From NCBI GenBank assembly GCA_041743505.1, contig JBGTMQ010000015.1:13531-77530 (forward strand): a stretch of 64,000 nt of DNA. Direction: 5' to 3'. Of the stretch, positions 1 to 9,511 are shown one piece after another. The stretch comes from Candidatus Saccharimonadia bacterium (lineage in GTDB: Bacteria; Patescibacteriota; Saccharimonadia; UBA4664). Position 1 is the stretch's first letter; every line of letters begins with the position of its first letter. Position numbers and translations under genes: made by a program. The notes beneath the pieces were generated by a model. The model did not search any database. It saw nothing but the letters and a program-made list of their open reading frames with translations, and was not told the DNA's origin.

Positions 1-17
1 AAATTAGCTCCAGTTTC

Positions 18-1775
18 ATGTTCGCCCTCATCGTATTAGAGCGCGCCTTCGACGGCATCATCCTCGGCGTCATAGGTCTAGCCCTCCTCCTGTATCCCGG
101 CCTATTACCAGACGAGATCCGCGATGCCGTCGCGCTCTTCTCCGGCCTGCTACTACTAGTCGCCGCCCTGCTGATCACGCTGCTGGTACTCCTTTACCGC
201 CAAGACGCCAAACTGCTCCGGTTCTGGCACCGCTTTACCAGCATCTTCAATAACCAACTCAAAAACAGCCTGCGCTTCAAGCTCTGGTCGGTCATCTACG
301 GCCTTCACAAAGTCATCAACCGCCGTGCCATCGCCCTCTATGCCATCCGTTCGGCTGCCATGTGGGCAGCCTATCTGGCAGCGTTGATGATCCTAGCCAG
401 CTACTTCTTCCCGTATCAACTGGGCAATAATTTCTTGCAGGCCTTTATTTCCTTCCTTGGCGTGTCAATTCCATCTGGCCCGGCCTACCTCGGCTCTTAC
501 CAGGCCGTGGCCGACCCGCTGTTCCAAATCCTCGCCCCCGGTGAAGGCGCCACCCATTGGCTCGTAGCTTCCTGGATGCTGCTCGCTATCCCATCCTCCA
601 TCCTCGGCGCCGCCCTATTGCTCCGCCACCGCACCGACTACGGCAAACTCCTAGCTTCCAAAGGCAAGGATAGCCTCCATGACAAACTGGCTCGCATTGA
701 AGATACCAGCCAGGAATTCACCGCGTTCCTGGACGCCTACTTCAGCCGAAACACCCTGTCGCATGTTCTCCACCGCCTGGAAATAAACGAGGACATTCGA
801 CTCATCCGCTATTTCAAGGGCGGCTCAGACGCGGTCACGCTACTGGCCCACCAAAACCAGGATTATCTGGTCAAAAAAATTGTCCCTATCCAGTACGCCC
901 ACAGGCTTAAGGCCCAATACGAATGGCTCAAGAAACATGCTCACTTGGAGAAGATAGTCAGCGTCACGGACGAGCGGGAAGGCAAAGATTTCTACTATAT
1001 CGACATCGAATACCATGCCGACCTCATCCCGTTCTTTGACTACATTCATGCCAACAGTCTTGACCGGAGCAAGGAGGTACTGTCGGGCATATTCCGGTAT
1101 TTATTCAACTATGTCTACGAGCTCGAACCTAAAAAACGACACATCGAAGACGTTGAAACCTACATAAGAAACAAAGTCATCCAAAAACTCGACGACGCCA
1201 GTCACCGCAATCTGGAACTGGCCCGGCTACGGGATTATGACAAACTCATAATCAATGGGGTAGAGTACGACAATATCCATGTGGTACTCAACAAAATCCA
1301 CCACACCCCGCATATCTGGAAAGACATCACCACTTACCGTCAGAGCCCAATTCACGGTGACACCCAGGTCGATAACATGCTGGTATCAACCACCGACCAC
1401 TCGTTCAAAATCATCGACCCCGTCGATCAAAACGAGGTCTCCAGCCCGGTTGTCGATTTTGGCCGCATGTTCCAATCGCTCAACTATGGTTATGAGTTCC
1501 TCTGCCGGGAAGACGCACCGGTCATCCCTGACGGTAATGTCATCAGCTTCGAAGACAGCACCTCCGCCGCCTACCGCGAGCTGTACGACCACTGCCGCCT
1601 GGTAGCCCAAGACCTGCTCGAACCCGAAGAATTCCGGTCCGTACTCTTCCACACCGCCGTCCACTACAGCCGCATGTCTACCCACCGGGTCCAGATCAAC
1701 CCCCGTAATGTCGCCAAATTCTACGGCACCTCAGTCCGCGCCTTCAATGATTTTCTGGCCCAGTACAAGGATTAG
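18..1775 (+). CDS. Membrane protein, probably 5'-truncated by the window: lysylphosphatidylglycerol-synthase/UPF0104 flippase-like TM domain fused to an APH/choline-kinase-like phosphotransferase domain
   Basis: N-half is multi-TM with ERAFD and IPSGPAYLGSYQ motifs; C-half has kinase-like motifs FKGGS, HGDTQVDN, IIDP, DFGR; frame is open to the window start. Confidence 0.75.
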   Translation: MFALIVLERAFDGIILGVIGLALLLYPGLLPDEIRDAVALFSGLLLLVAALLITLLVLLYRQDAKLLRFWHRFTSIFNNQLKNSLRFKLWSVIYGLHKVINRRAIALYAIRSAAMWAAYLAALMILASYFFPYQLGNNFLQAFISFLGVSIPSGPAYLGSYQAVADPLFQILAPGEGATHWLVASWMLLAIPSSILGAALLLRHRTDYGKLLASKGKDSLHDKLARIEDTSQEFTAFLDAYFSRNTLSHVLHRLEINEDIRLIRYFKGGSDAVTLLAHQNQDYLVKKIVPIQYAHRLKAQYEWLKKHAHLEKIVSVTDEREGKDFYYIDIEYHADLIPFFDYIHANSLDRSKEVLSGIFRYLFNYVYELEPKKRHIEDVETYIRNKVIQKLDDASHRNLELARLRDYDKLIINGVEYDNIHVVLNKIHHTPHIWKDITTYRQSPIHGDTQVDNMLVSTTDHSFKIIDPVDQNEVSSPVVDFGRMFQSLNYGYEFLCREDAPVIPDGNVISFEDSTSAAYRELYDHCRLVAQDLLEPEEFRSVLFHTAVHYSRMSTHRVQINPRNVAKFYGTSVRAFNDFLAQYKD

Positions 1776-2194
1776 GCATTTTTTTTAGGGTCAAAGAAAA
1801 CATATTTTTTTCGGAACCAGAAGTTCCAGAAAAACGTCACACAAATCGCTATCAACTTGCCAATCAATGGTGCGCCTTTAACCACTTCCACCACGAAGGC
1901 AGTCACGGCCACCTGCAGGGCCAGCCCGATAACGCTCGCCACCACTACCAGCAAGAATTCCTTGTGCGCTGAGTGCGGACGGTGCTTAAACACAAACACC
2001 CGGCTCAGGTACCAGTTCAAAATAATCGCTATCACCATACTGACGGGCGTTGCGATCAGATATGAAATGCCACCCCAGATCATTGCCTGGAAAATAACAA
2101 TCTCTGAGCCTACCAATAAAATAGCAATACTAAGATAGCGCCAAAGCTCAGGCGTGAGACGGGCGGTGAATAAGGAGAAAAATTTCTTAAGCAT
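1772..2194 (-). CDS. GtrA-family lipid-linked sugar flippase
   Basis: 140 aa, 4 TM, N..LSRVFVF and WNFWFRKKYVF motifs. Confidence 0.85.
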   Translation of the reverse strand: MLKKFFSLFTARLTPELWRYLSIAILLVGSEIVIFQAMIWGGISYLIATPVSMVIAIILNWYLSRVFVFKHRPHSAHKEFLLVVVASVIGLALQVAVTAFVVEVVKGAPLIGKLIAICVTFFWNFWFRKKYVFFDPKKNA

Positions 2195-2340
2195 ATAAGC
2201 GAGTATAAAGCTACAATTCTAAAAGTACCTAACAGCTGGCGTCATTGACATCTTGTCAGCCAATAATTACGCTCAAACGGAGCCAAGCTAATAAAAGGCT
2301 CCAGATACAAATTACTACCACTCTCCAGGAGGACACTCGC

Positions 2341-2715
2341 ATGCCACTGGTAACCGTTAACTATGATACGGCCAAAGTATCCGAAACCGTTATGGATCAG
2401 GTGGTAAAAATCCTGGTCGAAGGTTTAGCCAAAGCCCTTACCTCCTCCAATGACCAAGATGGCAAAGTTGTGCCAAAAGGCGTCAGAGTCTTCGTCAATG
2501 AACGAAGCCTTCTTGATTATTCAGCCTGGGACATCGACATCACAGTCATGACCAATGACCTTCCAGGGCGGCACAACCTCCAAGAACGGCTGTCACCCGT
2601 AAGTCAGTCGCTCCAGAGTCTCCTTGAGGAACAAGCTCCCGGAGTCACGCACTGCCTTTGGGCCAATCTGCATGGCCCCTTTGCCTTCTTCGATCCCACC
2701 GAAAGATTGTCATAG
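2341..2715 (+). CDS. Tautomerase-superfamily-like protein (N-terminal Pro)
   Basis: GGAGG SD then ATG-CCA (MPLVTVNY); beta-alpha-beta pattern with VRVFVNE. Confidence 0.5.
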   Translation: MPLVTVNYDTAKVSETVMDQVVKILVEGLAKALTSSNDQDGKVVPKGVRVFVNERSLLDYSAWDIDITVMTNDLPGRHNLQERLSPVSQSLQSLLEEQAPGVTHCLWANLHGPFAFFDPTERLS

Positions 2716-2760
2716 GCTCGCGGTGCACCGGTGGTCGTAACGGTCACCGCCTAGTGAACA

Positions 2761-2789
2761 TTGACATAAAGTGAGATTTTTGTTATAAT
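2761..2789 (+). promoter_or_regulatory. Sigma70 promoter
   Basis: TTGACA-17 nt-TATAAT perfect consensus. Confidence 0.85.
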
Positions 2790-2831
2790 CTCACAGTTTA
2801 GTACCTTCCCGCTCTACAGAGAGGATGCGTT

Positions 2832-3473
2832 GTGGACGCGTCAGATTTGGAGCTTTACCGCTGTATGTTCCGATATGTCTCATCGGACGTGGCACAGCCG
2901 CAGGATCAGTTCAAGACCACCAATGCGGCTTTCGTCTTCGGACGCCAAGACCGGCTGGTCGCTGAAGCAGCCGCACCACTGTGGCACAACGGCCGGGTCG
3001 AGCGAGTCTTGATCACCGGCGGCATCGGCAAAGACTCCGGCAACTTGTCCGCCGAGGCTGGCGACAGCGAAGCCGGTTGGCTCGCCGATCAGATGGTGTT
3101 GCTCGGGGTAAGCCGCGAGCACATCATCGTTGAGCCCAGGGCTTCCAACGGCGGCGAGAACTGCCGCTTCGGTCTCGATACCCTCGCAGCCGCCATTGGG
3201 CAGTTCGGATCTCTCATCGTGGTCGCCCACGCCACCTCGCTGCGCCGCCTGGGCGCCATGCTGTACGATGAGCTGAACCACCGCAACCTGAGTGTCACAC
3301 TCCAGCTCGTTCCCAGCGCCTACCGGTTTGACCCCGAGAATGCCACCGACCGCGACGAGGTGGTAGCCGAAATCAAGCGGCTCCACGAATGGCCACACAA
3401 GATCGGCGGCGATGGCCGGCCGTTCCTGTCCCCCCAGCCACCCGTTCCGGCTCAGTTCCTGCGCTTTCTGTAA
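2832..3473 (+). CDS. YdcF/DUF218 family protein
   Basis: VLITGG, SEA..LA, IIVEPRASNGGEN motifs. Confidence 0.8.
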   Translation: MDASDLELYRCMFRYVSSDVAQPQDQFKTTNAAFVFGRQDRLVAEAAAPLWHNGRVERVLITGGIGKDSGNLSAEAGDSEAGWLADQMVLLGVSREHIIVEPRASNGGENCRFGLDTLAAAIGQFGSLIVVAHATSLRRLGAMLYDELNHRNLSVTLQLVPSAYRFDPENATDRDEVVAEIKRLHEWPHKIGGDGRPFLSPQPPVPAQFLRFL

Positions 3474-3497
3474 GCAGTCCCAACCGTTAACCCAACA

Positions 3498-3535
3498 GGC
3501 CCGGCGAGTCGTTCGACTCCGCCGGGCCCTATTTC
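3498..3535 (+). terminator. GC-rich hairpin/terminator between convergent genes
   Basis: GGCCCGGCG-AGTCG/CGACT-CGCCGGGCC stem. Confidence 0.6.
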
Positions 3536-3556
3536 GTCTCATGCTACTTAAAGAGC

Positions 3557-4309
3557 TTAACTCGGCTCAACAGTGTGCCCGACGTACTCCTCCAGCTCCT
3601 CAGGAGTGCCAAACGAGTGGAATTCATCAACCGGCGCGGTCAACACTTTACCACCATCTCTCAGGATGATGTTGTACACAAATGAAATATAGTACTCCTT
3701 CATCACATCCGACAGCGGCTGCTTCAGGAGCTCCTCGGTGCCCTTAGCAAACGTCTCGGCCTTAGCAAAAAAATAAGCTCCCCAGATAGCATTATTAGAA
3801 ATAACCTGCTTCTCAGCTGTCCGGATCACGTATCCGTCCTCATCAGTCTCGGCGTAACTGTAGCGGGGGTTGTCGGAGTTAAACGTCAACAGACCGGCCG
3901 CAATATCGCTCTGTCCGGATAAGACATCCGTAGCCATTTTATTGTAACCCTCGCTCGAAAACCAAAAATCACAGTCCATAATAACCACCGGATCTCCCGG
4001 TGTTAGCTGCGAATAGGCCATCAGGGCGGTTTCGGCTGCCCCACGGGTCAACTCGGGAATAATCACCACGTTAGCCACCGGCAGCGCATCCGTTATCAGC
4101 TTATCGAGCTCATAAGCGTCCACGTGCTCCTGACGAATCACAAATGTAAACGTCTTGTCGGCCTCAATGTGGTCAAAGCTACTAATAGCCTTCAAAAACA
4201 TCGCCTGACCGTCAATCGGAATTAATGGCTTAGGAGTAGTGAATCCGGCTTTAGTAAATCGTGAACCAAGTCCGCCCATGGGCATAAGGATTTGAAGTTT
4301 CTTTGACAT
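3557..4309 (-). CDS. Sugar-phosphate nucleotidyltransferase (NTP_transferase family)
   Basis: MPMGGLGSRF...PKPLI, DCD, GTPEEL motifs. Confidence 0.85.
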   Translation of the reverse strand: MSKKLQILMPMGGLGSRFTKAGFTTPKPLIPIDGQAMFLKAISSFDHIEADKTFTFVIRQEHVDAYELDKLITDALPVANVVIIPELTRGAAETALMAYSQLTPGDPVVIMDCDFWFSSEGYNKMATDVLSGQSDIAAGLLTFNSDNPRYSYAETDEDGYVIRTAEKQVISNNAIWGAYFFAKAETFAKGTEELLKQPLSDVMKEYYISFVYNIILRDGGKVLTAPVDEFHSFGTPEELEEYVGHTVEPS

Positions 4310-4312
4310 AGT

Positions 4313-5086
4313 TTAAGTCGCCTTTGTTGAAGTATATTGTTCTGGTGTGCGCGTGGGATAGCTTAACAGGCCAAACCGCCATTTGAGTAGCTGTAACCCG
4401 GCCGTCTTCCCGATTTTAAAGTTACGGGCGTTGCTGACTTGGTCTTCCTCGCTCCAGGTAATAGGCAGGTAAACCAGCTTTGCGTGCTTAGTGTAGAACC
4501 CAAGCAGAAGGTCAAAGTTAAAGGTCAAAGCGTCCGCGTATCCCAGATAGGCGTGGTCAGACAAGGCACTGAGTTTAAACAGGTTCAAGCCAGAGCCAAG
4601 GTCACGTACCCGTTGGCCAATGAGCACGGTGTAGAAAATATTCAGCGCCTGATTGCCCAAAATCCGCTTCTGGTCATACCCAACCAGCTTGGAGCCTTCC
4701 ATAAACCGCGTACCCAAAAACGCATCAACCGTTGGGTCCTTCTCGGCCGCATCAAGCAAATTATTCAACTCACTGGTCTCAGCCTGGTCATCACCATGTA
4801 AAATGGCCACATAATCCATACCCAGCCGTTCTCCGGACAAAAAAGCCACTTTATGAGTCCCGCCGAGGTTATAATTGGCATCATTACGCCAAACCTCAAC
4901 CTTAGGACTATTCAACTGCTTAGCAGCAGCCTGAGCAGCCTCAACTGTACCGTCTTTGCTGCCGTTATCTATAACGACAACTTTCTCCACCCGGTCCAAT
5001 AATGCCTTATCAAAACCGGCGAGCACCCGGCCAATCTGCTTTGCGCAATTATACGCGGGAATAGCAACCAGCACTTTCATATCCAT
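4313..5086 (-). CDS. Glycosyltransferase family 2 (polyprenol-phosphate glycosyltransferase-like)
   Basis: IPAYN, IDNGSKDGT, HGDDQ, GTRF motifs. Confidence 0.9.
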   Translation of the reverse strand: MDMKVLVAIPAYNCAKQIGRVLAGFDKALLDRVEKVVVIDNGSKDGTVEAAQAAAKQLNSPKVEVWRNDANYNLGGTHKVAFLSGERLGMDYVAILHGDDQAETSELNNLLDAAEKDPTVDAFLGTRFMEGSKLVGYDQKRILGNQALNIFYTVLIGQRVRDLGSGLNLFKLSALSDHAYLGYADALTFNFDLLLGFYTKHAKLVYLPITWSEEDQVSNARNFKIGKTAGLQLLKWRFGLLSYPTRTPEQYTSTKAT

Positions 5087-5124
5087 CTCCTTTGCTCACA
5101 TCTTAATATAACCCCTTGCAAAGC

Positions 5125-5154
5125 AAAAGCCCGCTCCCTTCTCAGGGAGCGGGC
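5125..5154 (-). terminator. Rho-independent terminator
   Basis: GCCCGCTCCCT-GAGA-AGGGAGCGGGC-TTTT on the minus strand. Confidence 0.75.
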
Positions 5155-5179
5155 ATTCGGCAAACTGGCGCCGGTTATC

Positions 5180-6124
5180 TCAGACAAAACTGTTCATGAT
5201 CATCCTATGGAGCCAGTCAAGCGACTCTGGGCTATTCGCCGTCAGGAGCATGTCATAGCTATGCGTGTCCAGAGGATCACACCGGCGAAGCGTCCGGTCC
5301 GGGTTGACGTGTAGTCCAACAGCCGCACCGCCTGCCCGGATCACGTGCAGCGCCGCCGCACAGTCAAACGAACCACCCATGGCCGCCGTCAGCGAGCCTA
5401 CGATCCCCTTGGGGCTGTTGCGCTGCTGCATACCATCGGCCACCAGCGACTGGTGCAGGCCATTCGAAGCCAGGCTGTTGATGCCGATCCGGCCCTGTAG
5501 GGCTTCGAACAGCCGGTTCAGTCCCTCGCGCGACCAAACATCCTTGGTGCCGCCATGAGCGCTAAACGGCCGTAGCAGGTCAATCAGGAAAACGCCCTTC
5601 GAAGGGTCGATTTTGCCATTCCAAACCTGGCATGGCCGGGTCAGTAGCGGCGAATCGCCGAGCCTAGGCCCGAAAGCCAGGAGCTCGCAACCGACGTCGT
5701 CTGCCACCCGGATCTTGCCGGTCAGCGGATCACCCGTTACCGCACAAACCACCCGGTTCACCTTGCGGTCGTACAGGACCAGAATTACCACCGAACCCGG
5801 CGCGCCGATACCAAGTAGCAACGTGCCGTCGACTGGGTCAAGCTCAGCCATGAACCGCGCATTCGGATCAATTCGCGTCCAACCACCCTCCTCGCGGAGG
5901 ATTGGCAGGTCGCCGAGATGTCGGCGCAGCACACCTGTAGCCGCTGCTTCACTCTCCCGGTCAACGACCGTCACCAATGTCTGGTCGGCCTCCTTGATCT
6001 CCGAATTATCGATCGTCCGCAGCCCACATTGGTATGGCTGCATCACCCTCATCGAGGCCAGGGCCGCTTCAATTGCGGCCGACCTAAACTCCCGGATCAT
6101 CAGAGCTCCAATTGCCAGGTACAT
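5180..6124 (-). CDS. Inositol monophosphatase (FIG) family protein
   Basis: T..DRESE, REEG, LDPVDGT, FDCAA motifs. Confidence 0.8.
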   Translation of the reverse strand: MYLAIGALMIREFRSAAIEAALASMRVMQPYQCGLRTIDNSEIKEADQTLVTVVDRESEAAATGVLRRHLGDLPILREEGGWTRIDPNARFMAELDPVDGTLLLGIGAPGSVVILVLYDRKVNRVVCAVTGDPLTGKIRVADDVGCELLAFGPRLGDSPLLTRPCQVWNGKIDPSKGVFLIDLLRPFSAHGGTKDVWSREGLNRLFEALQGRIGINSLASNGLHQSLVADGMQQRNSPKGIVGSLTAAMGGSFDCAAALHVIRAGGAAVGLHVNPDRTLRRCDPLDTHSYDMLLTANSPESLDWLHRMIMNSFV

Positions 6125-6227
6125 CAGAATAAGACCAATAAAATATACACGAAGATATCAAAAATGCCAAGGCGTTAAAGAAGCCCACCTCTCTCAGAGG
6201 CGGGCCCAATCAGCCGATAGGTCAAAG

Positions 6228-7088
6228 CTAAACAGCGTATGCTAGCGCCGTAGTTAGCTCCTCAAGTGCCGCCCTACTTTTGGCCACAATCATCAGATCG
6301 TGCTTAAGCACGTCGAGCGGGTCGTGCTCGGTCAGGCGGCCGTCTTTGTCCATCGCAAAGCCACAGGCGGCGCCACCGGCTTCGAGAACAAGCAATACCC
6401 CGCCACAATCCCAGGCACCACCTACGGCGGTCGTTACCGCCCCTGCCACATCGGGGCTTCCGTTGGCGACCAGTGCGTGGTGTAAGCCATTAGAGCCATA
6501 GCTCTTTATACTCGCCTGGGTATGCAACTGGCAAAAGAGCCTGGCATAGTTATCATCGGTCAGGATAGTGCGCCCATTGCGAGTGAAAGCACTGAAACGG
6601 TCAATCATCAGAGTGCTAGACGGCCGCATATCGCCGTCCCAGACCCGGCATGACTGCTCAGTTTGTCCAATAGTCAATGTGCAGCCATGTCCGCGAACCG
6701 CACTCCAGATACGGCCGGTAGCGGGTGCGGCTATAACTACCGCCACCACCTGGCAGAATTCCCGGTCATAGAGGGAGGCAATAATGGTACTAGTGGCAGC
6801 TCCAGCTACCAGTGACCTTGTGCCGTCCACCGGGTCAATCAATATAACGTAGCGGCCATCATGACCGGCCAGTAAACCGGCCTCTTCCCGCAAAATCGGG
6901 ACGTCCGGAAATTCCTCCCGCAGATGCTCAGTGATGATCCTCTCCGACTCACTGTCAACAGGGGTTAGCAACGAGCCGTCATCTTTTATTACAACCCGGC
7001 CTCTCCAGACATCGTGTTGATGAGCTACCACCATTCTGGAGGCCAGCTTAAGAGCACCTCCAGCTATCGCCACAAACCTTTGCTCCAC
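6228..7088 (-). CDS. Inositol monophosphatase (FIG) family protein, paralog
   Basis: KDDGSLLTPVDSESE, REEA, IDPVDGT, WDCGG motifs. Confidence 0.85.
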   Translation of the reverse strand: MEQRFVAIAGGALKLASRMVVAHQHDVWRGRVVIKDDGSLLTPVDSESERIITEHLREEFPDVPILREEAGLLAGHDGRYVILIDPVDGTRSLVAGAATSTIIASLYDREFCQVVAVVIAAPATGRIWSAVRGHGCTLTIGQTEQSCRVWDGDMRPSSTLMIDRFSAFTRNGRTILTDDNYARLFCQLHTQASIKSYGSNGLHHALVANGSPDVAGAVTTAVGGAWDCGGVLLVLEAGGAACGFAMDKDGRLTEHDPLDVLKHDLMIVAKSRAALEELTTALAYAV

Positions 7089-7182
7089 AGTGCGCTCCCT
7101 TGCGTCGGAGTTTGAGGTGTCAAATCGCTACCTGCGTATTTGAGCATAAAAAACGAATAAAAGCGAATAGTCGTGCCTGGAG

Positions 7183-7656
7183 TTAATTCCAGCCTCGATG
7201 CGGTTCGGCCCGTATCTGCTCGGTTTCGTTACCCCGGGCATAATCGTCTGCCAAACGCCAAGTAGTACCTGACTCAGGTGTGGATGATTCAAAAATATCG
7301 CAGTCAGTTATACCAATCAGCCGGTGCCTCTGCCCAAGCCTGGTAGTATAGCCGGTACCTGGTTGCAGCTCGACCTGAACCAGCTCACCATCCTTATTCT
7401 CAATCAACAGAGCACCCCGCCCGCGCAATATGGTGTATGTCTCGGTCTTGCCGTCGTGGATCTGCATGCTCTGGCGGCAGCCCGCGTTTATGTGCATGAT
7501 CTTGGACATATAGAACCAGCCTTCAGGCACAAGCAGAAGCTCATAGCCCCAGGGCTTGTTCACCCGGGTCTGGTGGCCGTCAATGCTAAACTTTGAGCTA
7601 TCAATGCCAGCCAAAAATTTTTTGAGATCTGAATCTGATGTTTTAGTGTCTGACAT
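7183..7656 (-). CDS. Cupin (mannose-6-phosphate isomerase type II-like) protein
   Basis: KPWGYE, SMQIH..KTET, RHR, ESSTPE, RLADDYAR; GGAGG SD. Confidence 0.8.
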   Translation of the reverse strand: MSDTKTSDSDLKKFLAGIDSSKFSIDGHQTRVNKPWGYELLLVPEGWFYMSKIMHINAGCRQSMQIHDGKTETYTILRGRGALLIENKDGELVQVELQPGTGYTTRLGQRHRLIGITDCDIFESSTPESGTTWRLADDYARGNETEQIRAEPHRGWN

Positions 7657-7726
7657 TATGGGAACCTCCACTGAAGCTGTCTTCTGGTAACCTAGCTTAC
7701 TATCTGGTTTGGGTCAAGCATAAACT

Positions 7727-9466
7727 CTAGTAAACCGGATTGTACCCGCCACCGTATGCCCGGCTGTTGCCACGGTAGAAGTCGCTTACCTTCTGTGGTT
7801 GCCCGCCATCAACCGACACCACGTACAAGGCATTCTCGCCCGACTTAGTAGAGCTAAATACTATGTACTTATTGCTATACCACTGCACAAACTGGTTCAC
7901 CGAGCCAAGGTTGGTCAACCGGCGCTCGTTATCGCCATCGTGATCCGTCACGTAGAGCTCGGAGCGCCCGTCACGCTCGTCCACAAACACCGCTAGCTTC
8001 TCGTTCAATGATTCATTGTACGCCCGGTTTGAGATCGTGCTGGGGCCGCTATCTAGCTTGCTAACCACCAGGTTGCCCAGGTTAAGATTCTGCCACACCT
8101 GTGGCTTAGGCAGGTTGTGATTATAATAAACCAGCTGAATCGTTTCCTTGGCTTTCCGCGACACCTGCGAAGCCGGCGTCTCACTCATCCGTCGCTTACC
8201 GGCCCCGTCAGCCTTAATCGCGTACAGGCCGTCGCTATCAGAGTTCGTGCCACTCACCGAGTACAACACCACGTCATCGTAAACCGTATTGATAGTGGGG
8301 CAGACTGCTCCCGAGCCCGCAGCCACCGTCGATCCCCGCGCCCCGGCCACATAGTAAGCCTTGATACTATTGCAGCTCTGCGCATTCGGCTTCTGATAAA
8401 CCAAATAATCCTTGACCCAAGTTCGGTAATTCCCAAACTCAAACCCGTCCTCAACTTTGGTCAGCTTCTTGGTATCACCATTGAATATAAACAAGTCCTG
8501 AATCGGGTTGCCGTACTTATCCCGCCGGCCCTCCCGGCTCGATACAATGGCCACTAAGTCGGGCTGCTCAATACTGGGCAAAATACCGGTCTGCTCATCT
8601 TCCTTGCCGGTGCCGGCCAAAACTACCTGTGACTCCGTCCCATCCAGTCGGCTGGAATACATATCAATCCGGCCGCTGCGGTTAGACAAAAAGTAAACAT
8701 TACCGCTCGGCACCAACGCGACCTTATATGGCTTGGCGGTATCCTTAACCTCGATATCCACCGTCGCGTCGTGGTAGCCTTCTTTTGCCAACTTAGCCTT
8801 GACCCTCAAATCACCCCCCGGCAATAGAGCCAGCCGCAACTGACCGCCCTTACTCACCGCCTGACTGTCACCCGCCTCAACCGTCGCATCATCCAGCTTC
8901 TTGCCGCTGATCTTGTCCGTCACTTCAAAGCTAATATTAATCCCAGCGCTCACCAAACTAACCGGCTCAAACTTCGGCCGCCCAATCGGCACCAGCACCT
9001 GTTGAGTACTCGTCTTGTAAGCCTTCTTCGAAATAGTCAGGGTGCTTTTGCCCAGCTTTAGCCCGTTAAACTCGGCCGTACCGTGGTTATCCGTCGTCGT
9101 GCTTTGACCGGCCAGGGATACCGCAGCATTCGACAGCGGCTGCTTCGTCACCGAATCAATCACCTTTATATCGGCGCTGTTTTTATACACCAAGCCCACC
9201 ACCGGATACCGCAAACCAGTAGCCGCGATCACGCCGGTTACCAGCACCAATAGCCCAACTCCAATAGCAATCGTCTTGCCCTTGGTCGTACCCAACCAGG
9301 ACTTAAACCGTTCCCATCGCCCGCTTTTCACCTCACCATCAGACTCATCGGCCTCTTCCGCCTTCGCATCAGCCACTGTTTCCGGCTCAACTTCAGCTAC
9401 CTTCTCAGGCTCCGCCGCTACCGCATCTTGATCATCAGACGTCTGGGACTCTTCTTGGTTCTTCAT
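7727..9466 (-). CDS. Membrane-anchored protein with carboxypeptidase-regulatory-like domains and a TolB-like beta-propeller
   Basis: Acidic N-tail, one TM, VID...PLSNAAV / TTDNHG repeats, FLSNRSG and ERDGRSELY propeller motifs. Confidence 0.65.
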   Translation of the reverse strand: MKNQEESQTSDDQDAVAAEPEKVAEVEPETVADAKAEEADESDGEVKSGRWERFKSWLGTTKGKTIAIGVGLLVLVTGVIAATGLRYPVVGLVYKNSADIKVIDSVTKQPLSNAAVSLAGQSTTTDNHGTAEFNGLKLGKSTLTISKKAYKTSTQQVLVPIGRPKFEPVSLVSAGINISFEVTDKISGKKLDDATVEAGDSQAVSKGGQLRLALLPGGDLRVKAKLAKEGYHDATVDIEVKDTAKPYKVALVPSGNVYFLSNRSGRIDMYSSRLDGTESQVVLAGTGKEDEQTGILPSIEQPDLVAIVSSREGRRDKYGNPIQDLFIFNGDTKKLTKVEDGFEFGNYRTWVKDYLVYQKPNAQSCNSIKAYYVAGARGSTVAAGSGAVCPTINTVYDDVVLYSVSGTNSDSDGLYAIKADGAGKRRMSETPASQVSRKAKETIQLVYYNHNLPKPQVWQNLNLGNLVVSKLDSGPSTISNRAYNESLNEKLAVFVDERDGRSELYVTDHDGDNERRLTNLGSVNQFVQWYSNKYIVFSSTKSGENALYVVSVDGGQPQKVSDFYRGNSRAYGGGYNPVY

Positions 9467-9511
9467 AGTCCTAAGAGTAACAAACCCGGACCACAGCCAA
9501 CAAGCTTATGC

